Positions 1-13,100 of a stretch of DNA of 64,000 nt are shown one piece after another (position 1 is the first letter of the stretch; each line of letters begins with the position of its first letter). The stretch covers positions 1-64,000 of the forward strand of contig NIVC01000185.1 in NCBI GenBank assembly GCA_002269645.1, written 5' to 3'. Source of the DNA: Macrostomum lignano. Lineage: Eukaryota. Both the position numbers and the translations under genes were made by a program. The notes under the pieces are model-generated. The model did not search any database. It was not told the origin of the DNA and saw only the letters and a list, made by a program, of their open reading frames with translations.

Positions 1-339
1 CGAACTATCTCATATTTTTAATGCATTTGTGAACTTTGAAGATGACAAACTCTTTTACAACAGATACTTTTTAATATTACTAGTATACAATTCATGAGTT
101 TATATTGTAGTAAGAAAATTTACTTGCAAATAAATTCAAATCAATAAGTTTAATCTTCTCTATGTATAATTTTCGATTTCCGTTTGGCTAAATTTGTAAA
201 CAATGTAAAAATAGGTTATTCTGTGTATTAGGCTATTAGCATTAGAACTTTCAAACAATTTGCATTTAGAGTTTCTCCTAAACAACTATTAAAGTAGCAG
301 CCATATTTTACTATAAGAACGCCTTTTCTCTTGCATGCA

Positions 340-2417
340 ATGTCGGAAGAAAAGGAAGACAACGTCAAGGTGGTGGTGAGGTGCCGGCCACTCAGTCAAA
401 AAGAGATCACCGAAGGCAACAAGGTGACTGTGAAGATTGACGAGCTCAGAGGAACAGTTGAAATCACGGAGCCAAATGTTGTTCGCAAGAAGGGATGGCC
501 AGTCACGCGGGAGAGCCTAAGACATTTACATTCGATCACGTGTTCGGCATGCAGAGCAAGCAGGTGGACATTTATAACAAAGTGGCCAGACGAATTGTCG
601 ATTTCGTTCTGGAAGGCTACAATGGCACGATATTCGCGTATGGCCAGACCGGAACGGGCAAGACTTTCACGATGGAAGGCGTCAGGACCGTACCTGAGCT
701 CCGTGGCATCATCCCGAACTCGTTTGCTCACATCTTCGGCGCCATCAGCAAGGCGACAGCCAATGTGACCTTTCTTGTGCGGGTCTCGTATCTGGAGATC
801 TACAACGAGGAGGTGCGCGACCTGCTGGGCAAGGATCAGACAGCCAAACTAGATGTGAAAGAGCGGCCCGATGTGGGAGTGTACGTGAAGGATCTGTGCA
901 GCTTTGTGTGTCACAGTCCGGACGAAATGGACAAGCTGATGACCGTCGGAAACAAGAATCGTGTTGTAGGAGCCACGAACATGAACGAGCATAGCTCACG
1001 TTCTCATGCAATTTACACTGTGACGGTGGAATGTTCCGAAAAAGCAGTGACTGGTAAAACGATGCTCCGACAAGGCAAGCTGCATCTTGTAGACTTGGCT
1101 GGCAGCGAGCGTCAGGCAAAGACCGGAGCCACTGGTGTGAGACTGAAGGAAGCCACAAAGATCAACTTGTCGCTGAGTACCCTTGGCAACGTGATTTCTG
1201 CACTTGTCGATGGAAAGAGTACCCACATTCCATACCGCAACAGCAAGCTCACTCGCCTTCTTCAGGACTCACTTGGAGGCAACAGCAAGACCGTAATGTG
1301 CGCCAACTTTGGTCCAGCTGACTACAACTTTGACGAAACTATGAGCACGTTACGATACGCAAATCGGGCAAAGAACATCAAGAACAATGCTAAGATCAAT
1401 GAGGATCCGAAAGACGCAATGCTGAGACAGTTCCAGAAGGAGATTGAGGATCTGAAGAAGCAGTTGGAGGATGGTGGCGGCATTCCAGAGGGAGACGAAG
1501 ATGATGAAGATGACGAGGATGATGAAGACGTTGTCGTTGGAGAAGGCAAGGAGAGGAAAAAGCGCAATCAATTCCGTGGCTTGTCTGACGAAGAGATAAA
1601 AAAAATTGAGATTAATCTTCAGTCTGATTTGAAGAAACTCGAAAGCGACTCTCGCTTGTCAGAAAAAGAAAAGAATGACGCTCTTAAAAGACTTCAAGCG
1701 AAGCAACAGGAGCTGGACGAGCACATGAAGGATCGCCTTGCACTGCAGCGTAAGATGGAGAACCTCATGGGTCGGCTTATTGTTGGCGGTGAAAACTTGC
1801 TGGAGAAATCTGAGGCGCAGGAGAAGCTACTTGAAAAGACAAATCTGGAGCTGCAACAGCGCAAGAAGGAAGAGGAGCGACTCCGCGCTCAGCTGAAAGA
1901 GAAAGAGCAGGCCAAAGTTGAGATTGAGGATCGCTATCGCAGTCTTGGCGAAGAGGAAGAAGGAAAGACGCGTAAGCTGAAAAAGGTTTGGGAACTTTAC
2001 ACAAAGACGAAGGATGAGCTTGTAGAAATCAACGAGGTTCACCAACGCGAGATGGAAGGCCTGCTGGAAAATGTGCGCCAACTAAGCAAAGATCTGCGCC
2101 AGCAGTTGCTGATCATTGACCAATGCATTCCTCGGGAGTATCAGGAGCTCATTGAGCGGAACATTATTTGGAACGAATCCACAGGCGAGTGGCAGCTGAA
2201 GGGTATAGCCTACTCAGGCAACAACATGCGCAAGCGGGCCGCCGAAGCCGAGGAGAAAGAGAAGAAGGAGATGGAAGATAAGTTTGCAGAGCTGCCGCTG
2301 GAGTCGGTGTACCTGTCATATAGCGAGCAGTTGGATCATCAGGTGTTCAAGCAGAGTGGCGGAAAATCCAAAAAGTCGAGTAAGCGTAACAAGCGCAGAG
2401 CGGCGAACCATGATTAA
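340..2417 (+). CDS. KIF3A: Kinesin-II motor subunit (KIF3A-like), apparently intronless, with a reading-frame break at ~478-495
   Basis: Frame 1 from the ATG at 340 gives [18 protein letters not shown]...RGTVEI. Frame 3 (ORF 495-2417) continues with [13 protein letters not shown]-loop [19 protein letters not shown] and [23 protein letters not shown]. It then has the kinesin-2 stalk ([11 protein letters not shown]) and the KIF3A-type [22 protein letters not shown]. Confidence 0.92.
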
Positions 2418-2789
2418 CTCCGTTAGAGAAAAGATTTTCTTATTCACTCGAAACTTTTGCTTATTTTTACTTCATAATCATATTAATCGAAGCTCGAAGT
2501 GTCGAGCTTTTTTACGTCAGATATAATTTCCAGTTTTACTTGGAAGTAGATCTCCAAAACATTTTTCTTAAAATCTGGCACCTGCTGTTCTAGGGTTGCA
2601 TATATACGTGCTGCCAAGACCGGGAAACTTAAGCGTTTTTGTATATAGGATGCCAGATGAGACTACTCAATAATAACAGAAATTTTGGATTCCTGGAGTA
2701 GAAAGAACGGCTCTCTAGTGACTTTTCAGAAATTTAGCAGTACTGTAATCACTTCGTACCACTTTAGTCACCCTAGTAGCTCTGTAGTG

Positions 2790-3510
2790 ACTGCGGTACT
2801 GCTGTAGTGACTCTGGTAGCACTGTAGTGACTTCAATACCACTTAAGTGACTCTGGTACCACTTAAGTGACTCTGGTACCACTTAAGTGACTCTGGTACC
2901 ACTTAAGTGACTCTGGTACCACTTAAGTGACTCTGGTGCCACTTAAGTGACTCTGGTGCCACTTAAGTGACTCTGGTACCACTTAAGTGACTCTGGTACC
3001 ACTTTGATGACTCCGGTAGCACTGTAGTGACTTCAATACCACTTAAGTGACTCTGGTACCACTTAAGTGACTCTGGTACCACTTTGATGACTCCGGTAGC
3101 ACTGTAGTGACTTCAATACCACTTAAGTGACTCTGGTACCACTTAAGTGACTCTGGTACCACTTTGATGACTCCGGTAGCACTGTAGTGACTTCAATACC
3201 ACTTAAGTGACTCTGGTACCACTTAAGTGACTCTGGTACCACTTTGATGACTCCGGTAGCACTGTAGTGACTTCAATACCACTTAAGTGACTCTGGTACC
3301 ACTTAAGTGACTCTGGTACCACTTTGATGACTCCGGTAGCACTGTAGTGACTTCAATACCACTTAAGTGACTCTGGTACCACTTTGATGACTCCGGTAGC
3401 ACTGTAGTGACTTCAATACCACTTAAGTGACTCTGGTACCACTTAAGTGACTCTGGTACCACTTTGATGACTCTGGTACCACTTTGATGACTCCGGTAGC
3501 ACTGTAATTA
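2790..3510. repeat. Tandem repeat, 20-bp unit ACCACTTAAGTGACTCTGGT, with higher-order variant units
   Basis: Unit seen directly. It contains the palindromes CACTTAAGTG and GGTACC. The variants ACTTTGATGACTCCGGTAGC and ACTGTAGTGACTTCAATACC recur periodically. Confidence 0.95.
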
Positions 3511-6500
3511 CTCCGGTCCTTTTGTAGTGACCCTTAGAAATCCTGTTTACAAGGGGTTTTAAAGTTTGACTTTCTGTCGTATTTCAGTGAAAAAGTAATC
3601 ATCAATACATATATTAATTAGGTATACTGTTTTGTGTTTCCCCGAATTTTGTGTTGTTTGTGTCTTCCTATGCTTTTATTGGTTTATAATCGAATATTAA
3701 ACGATCGGTACGGATGGAAGTGAAGTAATTTTGTAAGCTTTTTATTTAGCTTCGCATATTATATTTGAAATTGAGATGCAAGCTACGCAAGTTTTTTAAT
3801 CTAGATCTGTAACAAATAACCATTGTACCATTGTGCATAAGTATTAAAAGCATTCCATTTTATTGATTATTCAGACATTTTGTAGCGACAGTGTAATTGT
3901 CTTAATTTTTTCTTAAGTTCTTCCATTCCGTCCACTGTGTTACCTGTTGTGGTTGGAAGCTTTTGACTTTAGTGCTTCGTAGTTTTTTAATCCAACAAAC
4001 AAATATTTTCCTGAACTTATTTTCCATTTATAATGAAACGTTTTTTGTTTTTCTACATCGCATTCACACAAAGCGAGGGGAATTTGTAAAAATTTTGCAA
4101 AATTACGGCAGATGTTTTAAAATACAGTTAAATACACGCTTTTCTACTTACGTAAGTAGACAGTATGGCATATGGAAATTGCCTATAATTATTGAACTTG
4201 TGAAATTTTCAAAAATAACTAAAGCCTCGATTTGAATCTAATGCTTTATTCTTATGATTTTTTTCTCTACCTGTACATAATTAATTGATAAAAATGTCAT
4301 TAAATGAAGTACTGCAACATGCTGGCTCTTAGTAATGTATACCATTTTGAAATTTCCCATCAAAACATTTTCCAATTTAAGCTACTCAGTCGTAGCATAT
4401 CAGGTAGACAATGCACTCTTAACATTTATTGACAGGCAGTCTGCAAATGGCAATACGAATTCCGGGGGGGGGGGCTTGATTAAGCGCGCGCATTTTGGAA
4501 CTGCTCTACGTGACACAAGCGGGCATTTCAAATGCAGGCGTCTGGAACAAGCGCACATTTTTAACACTGATTGACTCTGGTGCAAGAGCGCATTTCAAAT
4601 GTACCTTTCTGGCACAGGCCCGCATCTGAATGCCACTTGAGCTCGGTTGATTTATGGTGTGGATGTTTTACACTTTTAAGGTTATTTTGATGATTTGGCC
4701 CCTCCCCTCAAGTGAGTGCAGCTCAAGCGAAAAGGGGTGGAAAGTGTGATAGACAAAGAGGGGCGCTAGTCTGTCAGGTGATGTACATCTTTTGTGGTCC
4801 TAAATGTCAATCACAATGGATCACAGAATTATCTGTTGAGGTGACTGCCGTCAAAATTGTCTCCGCTCTTGTGTCACAGCCGCGTTTGCGCGCTTGTCGC
4901 GCTTATTCAGCCCTCCCCTTTGGTCTTTGTTTTTCAAACTGTCCTGCTCTGGCTTATCAGGCCGTGAATTCGGTTCGGAAAGGAAAGAAGGGCTTGTTTT
5001 GCTTAGCGTACAAACTATAAACCCCTGGTCCGTGGCCTGGCCTAGTGAGTCACCGAAATCGCTCACTCCCGCCCGTCTCTCACCCGACCCCAAACTCTCT
5101 TATTTGCCTGCCCTATCCTGCCTGCCCCCCCCATTCGCATCGGAATCGGAAATAAAGCGACGGTAGCGGTGGGCGGGTGCGGTTCCCCCCACACCCCACC
5201 CCCTTGAAGCTTGGCTAAGAAGTGCATTCGCATTTCCTTTATTCTTAATATCCACAAATTTGCTTCATCGTAACACTTAATTTTTTAAAAATCGTTTAAG
5301 ATATTCACATTCACAAAAAAACTTCAAAGATTTTTTAATATAATACTTATTTGGGTGGGAATCGTTCGACGACTTGGGAATTAGAATAAGGATTGTTAAA
5401 GCTCTGTAAGCTAGGAAGGAATCCCCTAGGATCTTTGGGGGCGCCAACGTAGTGGCGCCACCAAGCACCACGGGGAGCGGTGGCGCCAAGTCAGTTGTTC
5501 GTTGAGGAAAATTTGGGTTGGGATTTGGGAACAATGGTGTTTTTAAACCTAAACCTGCTGTGAGTGAAAGTGACCATTTTTGTCAGCCTGTTGATAAGGC
5601 CACGGCCCCCAGGCCCTGCCTGGACTGGACTGTGGACTATCGCTAGACGCCTAGACTTTAATTATTAAATAATTGTTTGGCTGACCCACTTTCGGCAATT
5701 AACTAATGCAGACACGGCAAAGCTATCAGTGTCATCGATCGTCTCGGGCCCTCGCCCGTGGTCACGTGATTCAGTCATTGTCGAGAATTGTAAAATTTGA
5801 CTCGACTTTATCTAGCCCTAAGCCCAGGTCTGTCTGTTAGCAATTAGCAAACCTGTGTATACTGTCAACTTCAGCTAATGCGGACGGTTATGCAGTGGAA
5901 TAAATTGTCAAATTGTAAATCGACAATTGTAAGTTGTAAATTGTAAAGTTGCTTAAATGCACTTTACACAACGGACACAACTTTACAGTACATAAGAAGG
6001 TCGTGGTGCCATGCCTTTCAAAGTCGATTTTATAACATGCAAAAATTGTTTCTTTTAACTTTGATGCCAAAAAAATGATTTTAAACTTTCTGCTCATTTT
6101 CCAATATGAAACTCGTGCCAGTTGTGTGAAGACTGAAGAGTGAAGATTGTCATAAAAATCGGTTTAGCTTTGCGCAGAAATTAAAGGGTTCTAGGCTCAT
6201 CTTGCAAAGCTATTTTTTTATACAAACTGGCCTCTGCATGGCCCCATTTTCGGGGGTGTTCATTTTCAATTTCAAGTCTCTCAGTGCTCCGGTGCTCCCT
6301 GCTCAAGGCCACTCCCTATTTTCTCGTCCCCGTTCCTCTCCAGACGGGGTCGTTAAGTTGATAAAACAAAGTTCAAATTCGAGACACACGCCAGACAAAA
6401 ACAAGCCCCAGTCCTCGTGTGATGCCGAGCGAGACAAAGACCTCCATTTACGTTACTGCTTACTTATTTTGTGTTTAGCAAGAAGATTCAGGAATTTGGT

Positions 6501-7529
6501 AGAGACTGTAAACAGCCGCCTTTATCTATATTTTTATGTTCGTCCTTTATGGAATCGTGCTTACTATATAATAAGTTCTTCCTGTCCTCACTCCCAGTCC
6601 ACAGTAGTCATATTGGGTATGTGGAATGGAATGTGTCGGGCCTGGCGTTCCCATCTATCCTCTTTATTTGTTTCTTAAAAGAATTCTTAAATCAAAGAAT
6701 GAAATATGGTTCAATCTTAATCTCAGTGTTTGAGATCTCAACAATTCAATGCTTTCTAGCAATGGGCATTAACAATATATTGAGCCAGAGTAAACTATAT
6801 AACCTATACTCGGCTATAGTAAATCTTGGCTCTCAAATTGGCATCAATTTTGGACATTTCCGCATGAAAATAAGTTAAATAACCAGTATAAAAGTACTGG
6901 TGCAATACTTGATACTAGCATTATGTTGTTGTCGTGTTGTGTACTTTAGTTAAAAATGCATATTAGCCTGTTAAATTATCAGTGCTGTACCTGTATGTCA
7001 ATATGCATGCATACGCAGAAATCGCTGACAAACGATACTTAACGTTAAACAAACAGGATACTTGAGCATTGTTGCACAATCGACTTTCGAGCAAGCTAGT
7101 GAGGTGCCCAGCAGATTTTGAGGAGCCATCATGCCACTGCATCCGTATTCTAATAATGAGCTACATAAAAGTAACTTACTATTAGAACGTATGATGCAGA
7201 GTTAGGGGGACACATTTGCTGCGTTCCGTTGCTGAACAACCCACTACCTCACCGGCTTAAGATAATGCTTTGTCGATTAACTCACTCAGTTTGAGGGTTT
7301 ATTACTTACCGCTGCATTACTATCAATTTAGAATTAGGTGGCAGAGTGGCTGTTAGGTAAAAGTGGTGAATGGAAAATGCGGCAAGAGCAAACTACAAGC
7401 GCATATATGGCAAAGGAACAAGCCAGAAAGGAAGGGCGCAGCTTTACCTAAATTGCTAAGGGCGCGCTTATTGAAGATTCTCTCGGGGCCGAGGGGGGTT
7501 GGGGTGGAGGCTTGACGAAGGGGTGGGAC

Positions 7530-7550
7530 TGACGTCAGTTGCTATAAATA
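7530..7550 (+). promoter_or_regulatory. CRE-like TGACGTCA followed by TATA-like TATAAATA
   Basis: TGACGTCA at 7530-7537 and TATAAATA at 7543-7550, preceded by G-rich boxes. No downstream gene was identified. Confidence 0.25.
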
Positions 7551-8164
7551 GGCCATGGATATAGGAAATTTACCCGAAACTTGCGGGGCTTGAACTGGGG
7601 GGGGGTGGGGTGGACCAAGCCAGCCAATAGAATTCAAGTAGGAAAGGCAAGCCTTGAGGAATGGACTGAGGGTTTGACAGTGAATTTTGTATTAAAAAAG
7701 TGACTCCCAAACTGAGGCCTGCTGGGGAAAAAGCTTTTTGTTGTTAAACAGCTATTGAAAAATTGGAATAAAATAATTTGGAAATTTGTCTTTCTTTCAC
7801 ATTAAAGTGCTATTGTATTAATGAGATTGCACTGTGGTCTTTGACTTTAGCCTTCTCAAAAATATAATGAGCCCTTGCCATCCCGGAAACAGCTTTTATC
7901 TGCTCCACGCGGCAGCTCCGGTCCGGTGGTCAATTAGAAATTATAATTCTATTGCTAAAATTTATATTAGTTGGTCATGCAGTTAGTCGGATCCATATTG
8001 ATTCTTACACATTATTCTTATTAGTAAACCGTATGCCCAACTAGCAGGCAATTAATGAGCATTTTCTGTCTGTGTATATCTTTGTTTCTACAAAGATAGA
8101 GTCGACAAAGTGAGGTGCAATCATTTCAATCTCGCATCTCGTGAACTCTGAACTCATCAACTTA

Positions 8165-8795
8165 TGAATATGAACTCACTCATCATCTCATGAACTCACT
8201 CATCATCTCATGAACTCACTCATCATCTCATGAACTCACTCATCATCTCATGAACTCACTCATCATCTCATGAACTCACTCATCATCTCATGAACTCACT
8301 CATCATCTCATGAACTCACTCATCATCTCATGAACTCACTCATCATCTCATGAACTCACTCATCATCTCATGAACTCACTCATCATCTCATGAACTCACT
8401 CATCATCTCATGAACTCACTCATCATCTCATGAACTCACTCATCATCTCATGAACTCACTCATGTATTCATGAACTCACTCATCATCTCATGAACTCACT
8501 CATCATCTCATGAACTCACTCATGTATTCATGAACTCAGGAACTCGAACTCAATAACTCATTAACTAATGAACCAATGAACTCATGAACCCAAAAACCCA
8601 GGATCAGGAACTTATGAACTCACTCATGAACTCACTCATGAACTCATGAACTCACTCATGAACTCACTCATGAACTCAATCATGAACTCATGAACTCACT
8701 CATGAACTCATGAACTCACTCATGAACTCATGAACTCACTCATGAACTCATGAACTCACTCATGAACTCATGAACTCATGAACTCATCATGAACT
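8165..8795. repeat. Tandem repeat, 20-bp unit CATGAACTCACTCATCATCT, decaying into shorter CATGAACT(CACT) units
   Basis: Seen directly. Confidence 0.95.
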
Positions 8796-9611
8796 CAGGG
8801 GGCAGGGGCCACGCGCCAGAGCCACAGCAGACAGCACCCAATACACAGTCGATGCCATTGTTGTAAAATAATCATCCAGGTCAGGTGCCACTTTTTGTCT
8901 GGGGATCTGCTTGATTATTTCAGCTCTCATATCTCACGACGAATGTCTTTTCTCTCACTCAATGCCGCTTCTCCACTCCTCTTGGTCTCGCCTCTTGGTC
9001 ACAAAATCATCCCAGGTGCACTTGGACTGGCAATGCATAAGAGACAAAGCAGGCAAATAAATGCGCTAGAGGGATGAAGTTAGTAACCCATTGACACGCT
9101 GGTGCAGGCACACTCTCGGTGAATTCTGACTCATTTACCTACAGTATGCACTCCGGCTGACCTGACATTTGACAGCTGCTGAATAAGGCTGGCCTGTGTG
9201 TGCGTGACTGCTACTCTCTCTCCTCACACAAATAAGTACTTGTACCTGAACCTCAATAGTGTATATTCTGAGCTAAAATAAAATGCGCAATATATGCTAC
9301 TCACAAGCAGTAGAAGTGCGACGGCATTTTCTGAAAACTTTCAGTAAAAAATTATATTTTTATAGTATTCCATAGAGTATAGTTTAATAGCTCTGCAATT
9401 ATATATTAGACTTGGACTCTTATATTCCTGTCGCGAACCCACCTGGTGATTAATTGGATGGAGGGAGGCTGGGGAGAGTTTCCTGGGAATAAATCTCGGT
9501 GCCTGGTCTGAGATCCGAGACTCAACCCTTGTGTATTTAGAACTAAAGCAAGTCACAGCTGGCCCGAGTCATGGGAGCCAGAATTAAGACTCAATTAAGA
9601 GTGCTAACGTT

Positions 9612-9698
<87 letters not shown>
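9612..9698. repeat. (GA)n microsatellite
   Basis: Seen directly. Confidence 0.97.
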
Positions 9699-9701
<3 letters not shown>

Positions 9702-10197
9702 CGTTGTCATTCCTCATGCTCGAGCACGCACCTCTTATTGGCCCATAAATAAATCAGAACTATTAAAATGCTATCCTACCATAACTTACCTAGAAAGAGA
9801 GAGAGAGAAAATAGCGCAAAAAATTCGGATCTCCATGGCAACCGAAATTGAGCCCAAAAGTCGAGTCCTGAGCGGGTGAGCCGACCAAGATAATAATGTG
9901 AGCACAACTCAAACCTTGACGCCATGCACGCAGGCTGCCTGGCCGAGCCATATGGCAGAGATGAGATAGCGAATAACGATATGCCGAAGATCAAGCCTTA
10001 ATCTAAAGGACTGTGCTTGCGCCTGTGCTTTTTGTGTATTTAAACCGCTCGTAAAGTTGACTTGGCCAAGGCGAGTGAAGCGCGAGAGGTAAGGGCAGCT
10101 CAAAAAAGACATGTTTGCGCTACTCATTTAATTAAGCTTAGCGAATTCACCCCGAGTCGTGACCCAACTGACTTGACCTGCCAAGAAGAAATCAGCA

Positions 10198-13100
10198 ATG
10201 AGTTTCACGGACCGCGTCATCAGCCTGTGCGAGACTGCGCCAGAGGGGCGCAACGAGGAGGAGATCGAGTTCTTGGCCAGGTGGATCGAATCCAGCAGCT
10301 CATATTTTCGGAAGCTGCGCAACAAAGGTACGCTGGTTCCTGAGTTCGGTGTTGTTGCTAGCCCATTGCGTTCAAGCGCTTGCTCTCGACCTATTAAAGT
10401 GAATCTCAATGAGACAGAAGTGAATCTCAATGAGACAGAAGTGAATCTCAATGAGACAGAAGTGAATCTCAGTGAGACAGAAGCGAATCTCAATGAGACA
10501 GAAGTGAATCTCAGTGAGACAGAAGTGAATCTCAGTGAGACAGAAGTGAATCTCAATGAGACAGAAGTGAATCTCAGTGAGACAGAAGCGAATCTCAATG
10601 AGACAGAAGTGAATCTCAGTGAGACAGAAGTGAATCTCAATGAGACAGAAGTGAATCTCAATGAGACAGAAGCGAATCTCAATGAGACAGAAGTGAATCT
10701 CAGTGAGACAGAAGTGAATCTCAATGAGACAGAAGTGAATCTCAATGAGACAGAAGTGAATCTCAATGAGACAGAAGTGAATCTCAATGAGACAGACGTG
10801 ATTCTCAATGAGACAGAAGTGAATCTCAGTGAGACAGAAGTGAATCTCAGTGAGACAGAAGTGAATCTCAATGAGACAGAAGTGAATCTCAGTGAGACAG
10901 AAGTGAATCTCAATGAGACAGAAGTGAATCTCAATGAGACAGAAGTGAATCTCAATGAGACAGAAGTGAATCTCAATGAGACAGAAGTGAATCTCAATGA
11001 GACAGAAGTGAATCTCAATGAGACAGAAGTGAATCTCAATGAGACAGAAGCGAATCTCAATGAGACAGAAGTGAATCTCAGTGAGACAGAAGTGAATCTC
11101 AATGAGACAGAAGTGAATCTCAATGAGACAGAAGTGAATCTCAATGAGACAGAAGTGAATCTCAATGAGACAGAAGTGAATCTCAATGCGACAGAAGTGA
11201 ATCTCAATGAGACAGAAGTGAATCTCAGTGAGACAGAAGTGAATCTCAATGAGACAGAAGTGAATCTCAATGAGACAGAAGTGATTGTCAATGAGACAGA
11301 AGTGAATCTCAATGAGACAGAAGTGAATCTCAGTTTGACAGAAGTGAATCTCAATGAGACAGAAGTGATTCTCAATGAGACAGAAGTGATTCTCAATGAG
11401 ACAGAAGTGAATCTCAATGAGACAGAAGTGAATCTCAATGAGACAGAAGTGAATCTCAATGAGACAGAAGTGAATCTCAATGAGACAGACGTGAATCTCA
11501 ATGAGACAGAAGTGAATCTCAATGAGACAGAAGTGAATCTCAATGAGACAGAAGTGAATCTCAATGAGACAGAAGTGAATCTTAATGAGACAGAAGTGAA
11601 TCTCAATGAGACAGAAGTGATTCTCAATGAGACAGAAGTGAATCTCAGTGAGACAGAAGTGATTCTCAATGAGACAGAAGTGAATCTCAGTGAGACAGAA
11701 GTGAATCTCAATGAGACAGAAGTGAATCTCAATGAGACAGAAGTGAATCTCAATGAGACAAAAGTTAATCTCAATGAGACAGACGTGAATCTCAATGAGA
11801 CAAAAGTGAATCTCAACGAGACAGAAGTGAATCTTAATGAGACAGAAGTGAATCTCAATGAGACAGAAGTGAATCTCAGTGAGACAGAAGTGAATCTTAA
11901 TGAGACAGAAGTGAATCTTAATGAGACAGAAGTGAATCTTAATGAGACAGAAGTGATTCTCAATGAGACAGAAGTGAATCTCAGTCAGACAGAAGCGAAT
12001 CTCAATGAGACAGAAGTGAATCTCAGTGAGACAGAAGTGAATCTCAGTCAGACAGAAGCGAATCTCAATGAGACAGAAGTGAATCTTAATGACAGAAGTG
12101 AATCTCAATGAGTTGGAAACTAATGTCAATGGGAGGGAAACTAATCTCAATGAGAGGGAAACTAATCTCACTGAGAGGAAACTAATCTCACTGAGAGGAA
12201 ACTAATTTCAGTGCAGGGGGAGCCCACTTGTGTTTCAAGAAGTCTGAGAGTTCATGTACCGACTGTGCAGGCATTGTAAAGAAAAGAAATCAGTGCGAAA
12301 AGTTTGCATTGTCGGTTGAAATCTATCGCCATGTAGAAAAAATACAGAGAGGCTTTGGTCATGTGCCGCAACTCAATGGCGAAAGTCGACAAGCAGCCAG
12401 CCAGGAGGCAAGCAGTCATTCCGAGTTTGCTGACCCTTTGAGCACGAACTCGGATATGTACGCAGGCACACGCTCACACAGGGTGGGTGTACGGCGGTCC
12501 TGCCTTTTTATGCGCACTTTCAGCTAGGCATGAGTGCCCGACGTGACAAACTCCAGCTATTGCGCATCTGAAAGCTGCGTACGGCTGTTCAGTCCAAGGA
12601 CTGGGGGGTCGCCACACACACTCCCAATTACCCCAGCTAATGCTGGCACCCATTTTACAGCTGGGTTGAACTGAAGCAATGCAGAGTTGAGTGTCTTGCT
12701 CAAGGACACAATTGTTCCGAGTGGGTCAAGAATCGAACCCCCGACCTTTCAGTCGCGAGTCCGACGCTCTGACCACTAGTCTGCAACCCCTTTTGAAAAG
12801 TAACTTCAAACAAAATCGACTGTAGCGTCCTACTTACTTCAGTTGTTTATGAATCGAACTCGGGGTCTCGAACTCAATTTCAACCTCAGATACTAGAATA
12901 TGACTCGATTGGCCACTCAGGCATAAATACCTAGCAAAACAGCTTTCTACTTTCAGTTCAGTAGCAATGAAGAATACCTAAGCTATTTTATAAGAATAAA
13001 GGCAGCTGAGATGACTTTGATAAGTTCAGAAGCCCAAGCTTGCAGACGTAAACAGCTTGCTGATTGGTTCAACCATAATGTACATGATAAGCCACTGAAA

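Noticed and set aside
2790-3510. CRISPR-like appearance of palindromic repeat arrays (also 8165-8795 and 57500-58195)
   Set aside because: Units are adjacent with no unique spacers, there are no cas genes, and the context is eukaryotic.
8800-9050. Minus-strand peptides TWDDFVTKRRDQEEWR (LINE-end-like) and DLDDYFTTMA (BESS-like)
   Set aside because: Short, in different frames and interrupted by stops. Not enough to call.
10128-12171. Minus-strand 611-aa and 599-aa ORFs (FTSVSLR and IHFCLIE repeats)
   Set aside because: Translations of a stop-free 21-bp intronic tandem repeat.
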